DNA of 64,000 nt, taken from the human T2T-CHM13v2.0 reference genome, Homo sapiens. Below, piece by piece: positions 31,490 through 49,403 of this stretch (positions within the stretch are counted from its first letter, which is position 1; the number at the start of each line of letters is the position of its first letter). The stretch lies in assembly GCF_009914755.1 (NCBI RefSeq), contig NC_060925.1. One strand, written 5' to 3'. A program made the position numbers and the translations under genes. A model generated the notes under the pieces. The model saw only the letters and a list, made by a program, of their open reading frames with translations, searched no databases and was not told where the DNA came from.

Positions 31490-32190
31490 TAATAATTTCT
31501 GTAAGCAAGATTAACTGATGAATGATAAAATTTTAAAGTTTAAAGAAGGACAGGATTTGGGTTCTATTTCAAAGTATTATCCCCAAAATAAGTACTTATT
31601 AATCTAAAGGAAAAAATAGAAACCTTATGGTAGCGAAACATGAATGACCCCACCTTAACAAAGTAATCAAGGTTAACCCCCAATAAGGTGTATCAACTTC
31701 ATGTATTGCCTACTATGAGTGCTGAGAAGGGCATATTACCTCTGAGGTTTTCTTCCCCATACTGCATAACTTCAGTCCATTCATAAAAGAACAGTATAAA
31801 AACCCCAAATGATGGCTATTCTACAAAATCATTGACAAGTACTTTTTAAAGCCTCAAAGTCATGATTAATGAAAGACAAGGAAAGGCTGAGAAACCGTCA
31901 CAGATTGGATGAGTCTCTAAAGATATAAAACTAAATGCAATGTGGCAGCCTAGATTAGATTCTGGAATGTACAGAGAGCATTAGTGTAAAATTCTGGTGA
32001 ATCCAAATAACTCTGATGTTTATCTAATAAATAGTATTATACCAAGTTTTAAAAAATTGGATAATTGTACTAAGGATATGTGAGATATTAACCCCAGGAG
32101 AGGTTGGGTGAAGGATATATGGGAACTCTGTGTACTATTTCTTGCAGTCATTCTGTACACCTAAAATTATCACAAAATTAAAAGTTAAAA
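31490..32190 (+). mobile_element. L1MC-type (L1MC4-like) 3'UTR fragment
   Basis: 'gtacttattaat...ccaccttaacaaagtaatcaaggttaac...gggaactctgtgtactatt...aaattaaaagtt'. Confidence 0.65.
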
Positions 32191-33359
32191 ATAAATTTCC
32201 CAACAAATCAAAAATAAATTTCCCAAACAAAACATAATAATACCCAGATGGCTTCACTGGTGAATTCCACCAAACATTCAAGAAAGAAATAATACCAATC
32301 CTAGACAAAACCTTTTTAGAGGAAAGGGGAATAGTCCCTTACTCATTTTTATGAGTCTAACATTACCCTGATTTAAAAAGCAGACATAGATATTAAAAGA
32401 AAAGAAAATCCAAGAATAATATCCCTCAGAAATATAGATGCAAAATGCTAGCAAAACATTAGCAAATAATATCAAGCAATATCCTGTATTTATCTCAGGA
32501 ATATAATTTTGGTTTAACATCTGAAATTCAGTTATGTAACAAAATGATATTAATAGAATAAAGGAGAAAACAATATGATCATCTCAATAGCTAGAGAAAA
32601 AGTATTTAATGACATTAAACAGTAATTTATGATAAAATTTCTCAGTAAACTAAGAATAGAAGGAAGCTTCCTTAACCCAATTTACAATAAAACCTACAAT
32701 TGATCTCAAACTTAATGCTGAGAATAAATATTTTTTCTCCACATTTAAGGATATCCATTTTCACCAGTTCTACTCAGTAATAACTAGAGATCCTAGACAG
32801 TCAATAAAACAAGAGGAAAAAAGGTACTTGGAAAAGAAGTAAAATTATCTTTGTTTGCTGATGACATGATCATATATGTAGAGAATCCCAAGGAAACTAT
32901 AAAACACTACTAGAACTAGGTGAATTTAGCAAGGCCATTGGCTACAACTTCAATATACCAGTCAATTGTACTTCTATTTATAGCAAGGAACATATGGAAA
33001 ATAAAATTAACACAATGTAAAGTAGTATCAAAAAACATAAAATAGAGTAAGTTTATTAAAATATATGAAAACTACAAAACACTAATGAGAGAAATTAAGA
33101 CTTAAATTAGTGACATGGTATGCCATACTCAAGAATCAGAAGACGATATTTTAAAGATGCCATTTATCTCCCAAATTGATCTACAGATACAATGAAATCA
33201 CCCCCCAAAAATATCAGGAAGCTTTTTTTAGAATCTGACAAATGATTCTAAAATTTACATGTAAACATAAAGGACCTAAAATAGCCAAAACATTTTTGAC
33301 AAAGAATACAGCTGGATGACTTACAGAACCTGATATCAACATATTCTATAAAATTGCAG

Positions 33360-34735
33360 TGATATGGCTTGGATCTGTGTACTCACGAAATCTCATGTTG
33401 AATTCGTGATCCACATTGTTGGAAGTGGGGCCTGGTGGGAGGCGATTGGATCATGGGGGTGGTTTCTCATGAATGTGTTAGCACCATCCTTTTGGTGCTA
33501 CTCTTGTGAATGAGTGCTCAAGAGATCTGGTTGTTGAAAAGTGTGCAGCACCTATGCCTCCCCACCCTTGGTATTCCTGCCATGTAAGGTGCCTGGTCCG
33601 GCTTTGCCTTCCCCTGTTAAGTAAAAGCTCCTTCAGGCCTTCCCAGAAGCAGATGCTGCCATGCTTGCTGTGCAGCCTGTGGAACCCTAAGCCAACTAAA
33701 CCTCTTTTCTTATAAATTACCCAGTCTCAGGCATTTTTTATTTTTTTATTATTATTATTTATTATACTTTAAGTTCTAGGGTACATGTGCACAACATGCA
33801 GCTTCGTTACATATGTATACATGTGCCATGTTGGTGTGCTGCACCCATTAACTCGTCATTTACATTAGATATTTCTCCTAATGCTATCCCTCCCCACTCT
33901 CCCCACCCCACGACAGGCCCCAGTGTGTGATGTTCCCTACTCTGTGTCCAAGTGTTCTCATTGTTCAATTCCCACCTATAAGTGAAAACGTGTGGTGTTT
34001 GTTTTCTGTCCTTGTGATAGTTTGCTCAGAATGATAGTTTCCAGCTTCATCCATGTCCCTACAAAGGACATGAACTCATCAATTTTTATGGCTGCATAGT
34101 ATTCCATGGTGTATATGTGCCACATTTTCTTAATCCAGTCTATCATTGTTGGACATTTGGGTTGGTTCCAAGTCTTTGCTATTGTGAATAGTGCCGCAAT
34201 AAACATACTTGTGCAAGTGTCTTTATAGTAGCATGATCTATAATCCTTTGGGTATATACCCAGTAATGGGATCGCTGGGTCAAATGGTGTTTCTAGTTCT
34301 AGATCCTTGAGGAATCGCCACACTGTCTTCCACAATGGTTGAACTAGTTTACAGTCCCAACAGTGTAAAAGTGTTCCTATTTCTCCATATCGTCTCTGGC
34401 ACCTGTTGTTTCCTGACTTTTTAATGATCGCCATTCTAACTGGTGTGAGATGGTATCTCATTGTGGTTTTGATTTGCATTTCTTTGATGGCCAGTGATGA
34501 TGAACATTTTTTCATGTGTCTGTTGGCTGCATAAATGTCTTCTTTTGAGAAGTGTGTGTTCATATCTTTTGCCCACTTTTTGATGGGGTTGTTTGATTTT
34601 TTTCTTGTAAATTTGTTTAAGTTCTTTGTAGATTCTGGATGTTAGCCCTTTGTCAGATGGGTAGATTGCAAAAATTTTCTCCCATTCTCTAGGTTCAGGC
34701 ATTTCTTTATAGCAATGAGAGAACAAACTAATGCA
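33360..34735 (+). mobile_element. MaLR solo LTR, MSTA-like, interrupted by an L1
   Basis: 'tgatatggcttggatctgtg...ataaattacccagtctcagg|catttctttatagcaatg...actaatgca'; 5-bp TSD TGCAG at 33355-33359 and 34736-34740. Confidence 0.9.
33737..34694 (-). mobile_element. 5'-truncated L1PA5-like LINE-1
   Basis: ORF 33976-34563 is the ORF2 C-terminus; TSD TCAGGCATTT at 33727-33736 and 34695-34704. Confidence 0.93.
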
Positions 34736-35113
34736 TGCAGTAATCAAGATAGAGTGCTATTGGTATAGAGGCAGAAATTTAGATTAATGAAACAGTAAAG
34801 TCCAACAGAGACCAAAAAATATAGGGTCAGTTGCTTTTTGACCAACGTGCCAAGGTAATCCAATGGGGAAAGGACTGCATTTACAACAAATGGTGCTGGA
34901 ACCAGGTATCCATTTGAAAAAATATGAACCTTGACTCTTAGCCCATGTCACATAAAAATTAACTGGAAATTGGTCAGAGATCTAAATGTAAAAGCTAAAA
35001 CTATAAAATATTATGATTTTGGAAATAAAATTTCTTAGGACATAGAATCATGAATCACAAAAGAAAATAGTTGATACATGTTATTTCATCAAAAGTAAAA
35101 ATTTCTGCTCTTT

Positions 35114-35429
<316 letters not shown>

Positions 35430-35895
35430 AAAAATTTCTGCTCTTCAAAGTAAAATGTTAAGAAAATAAAACCCAGGCCATAGTTGAGAGAAAGTATTTA
35501 TAATAGATGTATACCTTTTAAAGACTAGTAACAAGAATATATAAAAACCTTTACTTGATGTTCTTGTGATACTGAAAAAAGTAAAGAACTTCGTCAGTCA
35601 GTCAAACAGTCCAGTGAAAAACAGGAAAGAGATTTGAATAGCTACTACACAAATGAAGATAAACAATGGGCCAATAAGCACATGAAAATATGTCCTACAT
35701 TATTAGTCAGAAAGAAAATAGATATTAAAATCACAGTGTAATTCCATTAAACACCAACAAGAATGGCTGGAATTAAAAAGACTGACCATACTAAGACTTG
35801 GTGAATGTGGAACAACTAAAAATCTCTTAGACTGTCAGTGGGAATGGAAAATATTACAAAGAATTTGGCAGTTTCTTAAAGAGTTGATAACATAC

Positions 35896-36486
35896 TTTTA
35901 CGGCTCCAATGACTGGAGAAACACCAGGGTCCTTTGTCTTGTGCCTATTGGATAGACGACCCGGACACATGTGGAGTGGTTTTAAGGAGTGGGAAATTTA
36001 ATAGTCAAGAAAGAAGGGGGTGGGGGGCTCTGAAAGGAGAGAACCCCCCTGGGGATGTGGTGGAGAGCAGTTGGTTATATTGGGAGGCTGGAGGAGGCGG
36101 TGTCTGATTTGCATAGGGCCCAGGGGATTGGTTTGACTAGGTGTGTCATTCACATAGCCCAGCAACAAAACTGGCCCTCCCACCCTAGCCTTTTAATATG
36201 CAAATACAGGTCGCCATGATGTCCTGTACATGTGGTGTTATCTGGAGGTGGCCATGATACCTGGTACACATGGTGACAAGGAGAAGAGGGTGCAAAATGC
36301 CAGGTTGGGTGGACCTAATTTCTAGTCACCAGCATTTGCCTATCAGTGCTTGTAGGCCTGGCTTTTCAAGCTGCTTTTCTGTTAGAAAAGAAATGTTTTG
36401 GGAGTTGTTTTTATTAAAAGAAAAAGCCTTACCAAGGACTCCTTGCCCTATCTGTCTAAACGGATTTCTTAATAACTCCTGTAATA
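35896..36486 (-). mobile_element. ERV1 solo LTR, MER61-like
   Basis: Reverse strand begins 'tattacaggagttattaagaaat...gacagatagggcaaggagtccttggtaaggc'. 4-bp TSD ATAC at 35892-35895 and 36487-36490. The flanks rejoin as L1M sequence. Confidence 0.7.
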
Positions 36487-37472
36487 ATACTAATCATACA
36501 ACACAGCTATTTTACTCCTAGGCATTTATCCAAAAGGAATGAACACATATATACACAGTGACAAACGTTCATAGCATATTTATTCACAGTAGTCCCAAAC
36601 TGGACACAACTTAAATGTTCATCAGCAGGTGAATGGATAAACAAATTGTGGTATATCCATGTAAATGGAACAATATTCAGCAATAAAAAGGAACAAATTA
36701 CTGATGCATGCAGCAACACAGCTAAATCTCAAAAACTGAGTGAAAGAAGAAAGGCTGAGTGAAAGAAGCCAGGTACCAAAGAGTACATACTATGTGAATC
36801 CTCTTAACATGGAATTCTAGAGCAGGCATAATGGTCATAGTGACATAAAGCAGACCAGCGGTTGCCTAGGGTGAGGAGTAGGTGATGGGAGGCAGAAGTG
36901 ACAGCAAAGGCACATTGGGGAATTTTCTGGGGTGATGGAAATGTTTATATGTTAATTGTGGTAGTGGTTACACTGGTGTGTACCTTTGTCACAACTCATC
37001 TGTACACTCAAAACAGGTGCATTTAGAGTAAGTTGTACCCTGATAAAATCGATATAAAAATTGAAATAAGTTAAATCTAATTACTTGAATGCATGTGGTT
37101 GGCATTCCTATCTTGCATTGGAGAGAGTTGACAGGTCAAATATGGTATGTGTTTCATCAAAATCTTACAACTTTGAATTGCTCCAAAGAATGATATTGGT
37201 ATTAGCACAACTGAGGCCAAGTCTTCTAATAACAAATTAATTAATGTGTACCATGCATACCATAGGAATACTTCTGAATTCTGGTTGTATATCCCTTCCT
37301 TTACCCACAATGTTAGCATCTTTTTCATAGGCTTACCCTCAACAAATCAATGACTAAAACCACAGTTGATTTTTTCAGTTCTTCAATGAAGTCACAGTCT
37401 GTACTTTTTATGAGCTATGATACGAATATAATACACATTAATTTCAATGTGTTTTCTGGTTGTTTAAGATGA

Positions 37473-37772
<300 letters not shown>

Positions 37773-37970
37773 TAACATGACTTTTATACCTGTTACAAAC
37801 TGGTTGAGCTGAGCAACAATTATTGAATATTATGATATTAATATTATTTAATATTGTTTAAAAAATTTAATTTTCTCTCTTTATTCACAATGAAATTAAA
37901 ACCCTCATTCTGAAATCTTCATCCTAGATAATAATTATTTATCTTATTACTTTAAGAGTCAAATTTGCAA

Positions 37971-40859
<2,889 letters not shown>

Positions 40860-41102
40860 AGTCAAATTTGCAATTTCTGCTCTTACAGCACCAAATGTCA
40901 AAATCATTTTAAGTAAACCTAGATATTTTCCACTGTGTTCTATAAATATTATGCTTTTAGTACCAAGTAAAGTATCATTCATTATGCTTGGCTAAATATT
41001 GGACACATAACATTATCTTTAAATCCCCATGCCAATACCCAGTATCACTTGTGTTTTTAGATACTATAGGAAGCTTTGCTATTTTTTTAACTCTTAATTT
41101 TA

Positions 41103-41258
41103 TTTCATTTTTATTATTATTTTTTATTTTATTTTATTTTATTTTTTTTGTAGAGACAGAAATGCCCAGGCTGGTCTTGAAATCCTAAGCTCAAGAGATC
41201 CTCCTGCCTCAGCTTCCCAAAGTGCTGGTGTTACAGATGTGAGCCACTGTGCTCAGCC
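41103..41258 (-). mobile_element. Alu left monomer (FLAM_C-like)
   Basis: Single arm with a (TTTTA)n tail; imperfect TSD TTTTAACT(C)TTAATTTTA. Confidence 0.8.
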
Positions 41259-42774
41259 TTTTAACTTTAATTTTAGTTATAGGAATTGCAAGAGTTACTT
41301 TTTTTGTTTCTTTTTGTATTCCATGCAAGTGAAGTCTGCCTATGTTCAGTTTCCAATATATATATTTTTATTTCAGAAGACTACCTCTTTCAGTGTTTCT
41401 ATTTCATTGCTCTTTTTAGTCTTTTTTCTTTTCTTTATATTTCACTCTATATTTTCTATTTCTATCATGATCTCAATTTATGCTCACTGTCAATGATTTA
41501 TTTTAAAGGATTAAAAATCAAATGAATTTTATTCAAAGCATATATAATTTGGATATTTCATCAATAAATATAAAAATAAAAATCAATGTCTTTCAGAAGA
41601 GCTATTTTTCTAAAATATGCAAATCAAAAGCAAAATACAAATTATTCTAAATTAATATAGAAATTTTTTAGAATATTTAAGTAAAGCTGAAATTTTATGT
41701 AATTTTTTGAAATTTTAATTAAGAATATTTAAATATTTTTATAAAAATAAAACTATTGAAATTCTAATATTCAACACCCATATAGTCACCCTTTTATAAA
41801 GTCATCACGCTTCACTCACATTTCATCTTAAATGTTTAGGTTTAGTTAAAATAATTTGACATATATACAAATTTCTAAGCCATTGAATTGTCAGTATCAC
41901 AAAGCATTTCTTGCGAGTGTGCACATGGTGTTCATTTGTAAATGCCTTTGGGATTATGGATTGGAATATTAAAAAAGAAGTAAGAAAGTGGACTTTCAGC
42001 ACCACCAGAAGCAATACTTTGCTGTGCAACAATCTGCTGCATTTATGCTGTCTGTCTTTTCTTCCACCTGGGCACTTCTGCTCTTAGGTTTTCTCTACTC
42101 TCAGAAGCAGGGTTGTGTCTGATATTGGCTGCATGAACTTTCATAGCACTTGAAGCCAGTTACCATTTGATTCAAGGGAATCTCGGAAAAGAGGAAGATA
42201 AGTTTTTCCTGGAGTCTGAATGAACTGCCATCTAACTTTGAATCAGAGAAATTCCATTTTTAATTTCAATTGGTTTTATGTGTTAGATGTCTGCCCATGA
42301 TTTTGTTAGGAAAAAAATTATTTTACTTAGCAAAAAGCTGAAAGAAGTGATTTGGCTCAACTATCACCCCATCACCCAGACTTCCTTTCATAATTGGGAA
42401 CTTTGGGGCCTGGAGGACAGTGAGCTGGCCAAGTTGATGAATGAGCAAGTGAACTACAAGGCTCACATGGGAAACCAGGCACCCAGATTCCCTGAGCAGT
42501 GTGCTTTTCCCTGCCCCATGGAGCCAATCAAAGATGAAATAAACAGCTTATTACCACGTTGATCTTAGAAAAGATTTTTATGATCGGCCTCTTCCCAGAG
42601 TCGGCCTGGCCCTTGCTGGGCTAGAAGACATTCTGTTCCCGATGAGCCCTTAAAGTTTTGAAGGTCATTGCCGAAATTGGAGATCTCACGCTTGTGCATG
42701 CTCTTGGCTGACTTACCATTTTTCCGTTACATGTAGAGTATGTGGTGAAAAAACAGCAGGCACTGAGTTGAGCT

Positions 42775-43220
42775 CTCTCCTGCTCCTTATCTGTCCATCT
42801 GTGTATCTCTTTCTATCTTCACATTACTTCAAAAACACGTCAGTGCCTACCTACAGTGAGCCGGCTACCACAGTCTAGCAGCTCAGGGATGTGGGCTGCC
42901 TTTGTCTCTCTCTCTTTAGTCCATTTCTCTGTCTTTGTTTCCCTGTTTCTCACTGTCTCTTATCTACTTATATATGTGTACTTGTATGTATTTTTTCTTT
43001 TTTTTATCTATGTGTCTCTTCTCCGTCTTTCTTTTCTGTATCTCTTCATCACTTTCTCTAGCTGTGTTGTCTCTTATCCCTCACTGTATTTGCTCCTTCT
43101 TGTTTCTTTTTAACTTCTCTCATGTTTTCGTCTAGCTTTTGCTTTTCTCTTTGTTTCTCTTCTGCCTCTTTCCTGGTCTCTGTGTTGCTGTATCTATCCC
43201 CCTCTCTCTCTGACTCTCCT
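42775..43220. repeat. CT-rich low-complexity tract
   Basis: Pyrimidine-rich degenerate (TC/TCTG)n sequence. Confidence 0.7.
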
Positions 43221-43779
43221 TACATCATATTTATGCCTTTTTGCACAAAGTGAGGGCATGCAAAGGCCTCTTGAGCTTCTGTTCTTCACCCAAATCTGTG
43301 GGAAGGACAGTGAGGCCATGCCATTTGTTAGGCAGATTTCATAATATTTTCCTCAGATGATGATATGGTGACGTAAGGATATTTTGGTCCCACTGAGAAG
43401 AAGCTAGGGATCTCACTGGGCTTGTGGATTAGACAAGCAGGGGCCAGATTTTTTTCAGGTTGTAAAGAGATTTGCCCTGGTTTTAATATAAGTGAAATGG
43501 TCTTTTTGAGGTGGACATGGTGAAGGAATCTTGATGGAGCTTGGAGCTCATAAAACCCAAGTTTGCTTTTATATTCCTCAGGGTAGAAGTCAGATGGATA
43601 AAACAGACATTGAGTGCCTACCGTAGATCAGGGTATCTGGTAAGAGCCAGAGAAATAGAGGTAACTGACTTTCTTTCAGGAACACGTAGTCTAGTAGTGA
43701 GAGCTTCCTGGGTAAGAGAGAGGATTGTTTACTTGTCTAAGTGTTAACAACAAAGAGAAGTATACGGTACTACGAGAGT

Positions 43780-45010
43780 AAGTTATTAGGCCTATGACAA
43801 TCAGGGAAGGCTCCATGGAGATGGTGATATTTGATATGGACCTTGAAGCACAATACAAGCTTTCCAGGTAGAAAAGCGTGAAGAAGTTTCTTTGTGAAGG
43901 AAATAGCACAGGAGCATAAAGCAGTCTGGGATTATTGAGAACATAACGTGTATGGGGATAAGGTTGGAAAATTATGTTGGGGCCCAGACCTGAGAGCTTT
44001 GAATACTGGGATGAGAAATTTGGCCTTTTCTTTTTTTTTCTGATGGCTGTATGGGATTGTGGAAGAGTTTTAAGCAATGTTGTGGCAGAGTCAGTGTGGA
44101 AGATGGAAGGGAGGTGTTCAGACTAGAGAACTGGAGACTGGGGAGGAGACAGAGGCAGTATTTCAGGTAAGGAAGGATTGGCACACAGTGCTAATATTCC
44201 TCTTTCTTATATCATGCATTTCCTTAACATTTGGTTCCATCTGCTCTGTGCTTACATTGGGGTTTGTATTCATTTGACAAAATTTAGTGAGCCTCTACTA
44301 TGTATGGGGCACTTGTGAGGTACCAAGGATATGCAGATGAATAAGACATAGTTGAGTTAGAGTCCTCAATGAGCTTAAATTGAGAGGAGATATAGATAGA
44401 CTGAAAGACAATTTCTACACAACCCTTTACGTACTAGCACAGAAGAAATAACAGGGGAATATGGGGGCTTATAAGAGGTACTTAACACAGTATAAAATGG
44501 GGCCAGTCAGGGTGGGCTTCCTGGAGGAAAAGAAGCCTGAGTTGACTTTGAAAGGCAGGCCAGAGTTACCTAAAGCCATAGTTTCCAAAGTGTGGCCCCT
44601 AGACCATTAGCACCAGCATCACCTGGGAAATTGCGAGAAATGTAAATTCTTGGGACCCATTGCAGACCTAGTGAATCAGAAACTCTGAGTATGGGGAAAC
44701 AGCAATCTATATTTAACCAGTTTTTCCATGTACCCTTAAGTTTCAGAGCCTCTGATCCAAACAAGGAGGGAGGAAGTTGCTCCAGGCCAAGGGAGCAGGT
44801 ATGCAAAGGTGTGGAAGTGCAGGTGGCCAGGTGGGAGCACGTTTGGTGGCTGCAGTGGAGGCTCACTGAGTGGATGTGCCACAGGCAGAGCCGGGGAGTC
44901 TGGCTGGGACAGAGCGCAAGGGCCCTAAATATCAGGAAAGAAATGTGGATTTTATCCTGTAGGGAATGTGGAGTCACAGAAGGGTTTTGTAAAGGAGATT
45001 GCATGCTTCT
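43780..45010 (-). mobile_element. L2 LINE fragments
   Basis: 'ttcatttgacaaaatttagtgagcctctactatg', 'ggcttcctggagga', 'ggattttatcctgtagggaatgtggagtcac'. Confidence 0.65.
44577..44754. mobile_element. MER5A (hAT-Charlie MITE)
   Basis: 'caaagtgtggcccctagacc...cagcatcacctgggaaatt...agacctagtgaatcagaaactctg'. Confidence 0.85.
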
Positions 45011-46074
45011 GGGAAGAATGGAAATCATCTCCTTCATTCAAGGACTGTGCTCTAGATCAAGGAAGGCAAACAGACTTGTTTCTTGTGCCAACTCTGACCC
45101 ATTGGTAACAGCTGCCCAACTGCTGTGTCGAGAAGGATCCTGAAGTTAAGTCAGATCTAGGAGAAACAGGTTTGTGACTAATTAGCCAAGTTTGCCAAGG
45201 ACATGGGAGTTAGGGAGATGAGGGGTGTGGTGGCTCATGTGCTATATATTATATTTGAGTTGTTCCTGCCAGATAATTGAAACAAAAACAAAAACACATG
45301 TTCTCCAGTGCTTATTTGTATTCAGGAAACCCAGCCTTGCTTTTAGTCAATACCAGCTAGAGTCAATTCTAAATTATATAAAATGGAGTCATTTGAAGGA
45401 CATGGAGTCCTCTCCTCATCACAGCTCCTACAATGTAAACCTCTCCAATCACTTGGGACAATGACTGACATTCTCACCTTCTTTAGGGTAGGGCATCTAA
45501 GGCCCTGGCAGATGAAGATGCTACGAAAGAAGAGGAATCAACTCATCATTAAGGCATCATGAGTCAAAGGCGTCAGCTACATGCAAGGCCCAGCTCTTAG
45601 GAGGGGAAGAGCATACACAGCTCAGTAAGAAATTGCAATAGTGAAAACTATTGGTTAGAAAACTATCTTTTCTATCCAAGTAGCCCTCATGGCCCAGGGG
45701 ACTGAATGGGTACCAGCTGAGAGGCCTGGAGCACAGCCTAAAGCAGCCCTCCTGTGGTGCAAAGTGGATTGGAAGGCTTGCATTTGATCCCTAAAATTCA
45801 TGCAATCTTAAAATTCCATTCCATAATATGCAACAGCTGGCTTTATTTTCATGTGGCTATTCTTGACATCAAATACTATTTACATGGCTTGCCAGTATGT
45901 GAAAAGGATGCCCCAGGTAGATGCCCAGTGTTTATCTTGTACCTTTGCACCGGCGCTCCCCAAGGACGACACTGCATACTAGAGGATTTGTGTGCTCCAG
46001 GTGGGAAGGAATGATGATGGGCACTGAGCAAAGCGGAGCCCATTCAACCCGCCTTTGAATTGGTAGTCCATTAC

Positions 46075-46950
46075 CGCCTAGCTGTGTGACTTTGGGTAAA
46101 TTACCTCATCTCTCTGAGTTTGGTTTCCTTACATGTAAACAGGAGAAAATAGAGAATGGGAAGAAATAAAATTAATAAAAGTGTGAAACAGAGTGTGGCA
46201 CATGTTAGACCCTTAATACGTTTTAGTTAAACCCTCCCATCAAGGAACCCGAGTCACATTTACCACAGTATGAATTAATTAGTCCTAACACAGAATGGGG
46301 CCTGGGGAGAATGGGACTGATGAAATGTAAATTTGGAGTTTTGGATAATCTCTGCCATTCCTCCTCACTGTGAATTTCTGGGATAGTGCTGTGAGAACAT
46401 GAAAAAAGGAGGAATTATGGATGGTTCCATGACGATGGCATTGGAGCTGGATCTCACAGCGTAGGTAGATTTTTAACAGATTTCTGACTGGATCATAAAC
46501 TGTGAAAAATGAAACCTTAAGACTGGACAGGCAGATTCAGGTCGGAACCTGGAGGGCCTAGTCTGCATTAAGAAGTAGTTTTTATTCAGTTTGCCATAGG
46601 CAGCCATTGAGGACTTCTGAGTAAGAGCAATGGAGTGACATGATGAGAACTGTGCTTGAGAAAGCTCATTAGGATATAAACCTCCCAAGGACAGGGGTTT
46701 TCCCCTCTGTGTGGGTCCTATCATATCCCCTGTTCCTACAATAGTATCTGGAGCAAAGTAGGTAACTAATAACTAATTTTTGAATGAATGAATGAATGAT
46801 TGAATCCCTCTGATAGCAGACATTTGGGATGTATTGGAGAGGACACTGCTAGAGGTGGGAAGACCAGTTCAGAGGCTGTGGCAGCCCTCTAGGATCAGGC
46901 CACGAGTGCTGGTCTGGGCGGTTGGCAGTGGGGATGGGGTGTAGGTACAG
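46075..46950. mobile_element. MIR plus L2 fragments
   Basis: MIR core 'agctgtgtgactttgggtaaattacctcatctctctgag'; L2 pieces and a (TGAA)n tail at ~46780-46805. Confidence 0.6.
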
Positions 46951-49091
46951 TGGCTTGGAGACTCTGGGAACATCACTCTTCTGCTCTCTGCACCTCTCTT
47001 AGAACACTGACCATTCTCTGAATTCAGGGAAAGCTTCAGGGCCGCATAATTCATCCTGACAGCCCAGGCCAAATGTTTTTCCAGAGCCCCTGCTCCCCTC
47101 TCCTCCCCGTTCAGATTGGAACACAGTCCAGGGCATGCTCTAGATAGGAAATTGTTATTTGCATCTGAACATGAAACAGCGTTTTCTGAAGCTGTGAGCA
47201 GGGCCCAGCTGGTGTGAGCTGGGCTCGCTCACAATTGCAACCAGCTTGTTTCAATTTAGGACTGGGAGGTGAAGGGTGGGACTGCATATGTTGGCCTCAC
47301 TGCGGGAAGGCTCTCATATACACACAAACACACAAGCAAATGCAATAAACCCACCAGTCCCTGCCATCTTAGCTGGGGAGAAGACTTCCTAGGGGGTAGA
47401 GAGAAGAAGGAAGGAAAGGGGTTGCACAAATGCATGCTTCTCAAACCCAAGAGGAGGGGCTAATTTTGGAAGTTTAGCAAATCCACTGGGAACTGTCTGG
47501 GGTGGCCTGCTGGTTCTGCAGCCATATTACAATTTTGAACACCTACTATGTATGAAGCATTTTACTAGCTGCTTTACTTTATGGTTTCTGCAGAAGGCAG
47601 GTGGTGGAGGAAGAAGCAGTCTTATTGCCAAGGTCTTATATTGTTCTAAAAAATGGTAAATCAAAGTTGAAAAAGTCACTGGGGTGACACTTCAAGGAGA
47701 CTCATTGGAAACCTGCTGCCCCAAGTGGGACTCAATGTTATCCTGCTGCATAATCCCTTAAAATCAAGGTTGGATACAAATGTGTAAACACACAGATAAA
47801 TAGATGCAAATGGAGCAGTTTCCTTTCTTTCTCACTCTTTCTTTTCCCTCTCTATTTTCCCACGCCTGATCCTTTTGTACTCTCCTCTCTCTTGATTGTA
47901 ACAGTCCAGGTACTGTCTGCAAAGGCTTGCTTGTCCTGGGCTTTCTCCCCATAGTCCCTGCCATCTGACCTATATTTGTTCACAAACACAGAGGCAAGGG
48001 ACCCTAAGTAGACTAAAGTCAATGGTGAAACTTCTGAGGCTGTAGATGAACAAAATGATGAGAAAGCCCTTTTGTCACAGGGGAAGGGGGCAGTATAATA
48101 TTCTAAAAATATGTCAGATTTAAAATTGTAGAGCTATGAATTTTAGTCCTGGCTCCATCGTATTATAGCTGTGAAAACTTAGGCAAGTGCTTAACTCTCC
48201 TGCTCCTCAATTTAACTACATGTGAGTTGGGTGTATTGATTCCTAACCCAGAGGTGTTGCAAGGAAAATGTGTGTAATAATGGCTAATGCTTACATAATA
48301 CAATATGTACTTTTCTAAGCAACTTGATTAATGAACTCAATTAACTTTCACACTAATTTTAGGAAGTACAATAGTTACAGGTGCTCAGTGCTCTGTGGGT
48401 CTCTCTCCCCTCACTCCTTTCTTCAAGGAGCCAGGAGTCTTGCATCAAGTCCTCTGGCCACAGTGGAACAGTTCTCTCCGTTAATTAGGTGTTTCATTTT
48501 ACTGCCAGTCCTTTGTTTTCTCCCTGGAGATCTGGCAGAATTTCCAATAAATTGTATTTCAAGAAAAGAAATAGCAAAAGACAGTGAGTGGCTCCCAGGT
48601 TGGGGACTGCAAGGTTTCTTTCTGATGGGGAGAACAATTTTGCCATTGTCCTCAGTAATAGGACTTCGTGGGGAGACAGCTGTAGACCTTACTCCCCAAT
48701 TCTTTGTTTTGTTTCGGGTTTTTTTTTAGCAGTCACCAAATTAGGCTACCTTTTCTTCCCCTTCTCTTTTGTCAGTAGCATATTTTATTCTCACATAGAC
48801 CATTTCTTATTCCCACAAAGGAAATTAAAGTTTTGGTTTTGGACTTAGAATAGGGATGTGGCAAGGGTTTGCTTGTATCCAAAAAGTGGGACTAGATAGT
48901 TTTGCAAAACCTGCTGCTGTGGAACCAAGAGTTTCTTTCTGGTGAGCACTCCAGGATCTCCTTGGGCCCCACACTTTCATCTTAGAGAAAAGTCTTAGCG
49001 TTCAACTCTGGACTGATCACTAGTACTTTTTCAGCTCTACGATGATCCAGGCCCAGAATATTCAGTTCTTTGCCCTCTGCTTGAGTGTTTA

Positions 49092-49403
<312 letters not shown>

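Noticed and set aside
42580-42612. Possible right TIR of the hAT element ('gatcggcct', 'gtcggcctg')
   Set aside because: The match to the left terminus is weak and there is no matching 8-bp TSD.
42856-43135. Hydrophobic membrane-like ORFs (also 41239-41525)
   Set aside because: Artefacts of T/C-rich low-complexity or AT-rich transposon sequence.
44570-45143. Overlapping 155-aa and 150-aa ORFs
   Set aside because: They lie over MER5A and L2 sequence and show no protein-family signal.
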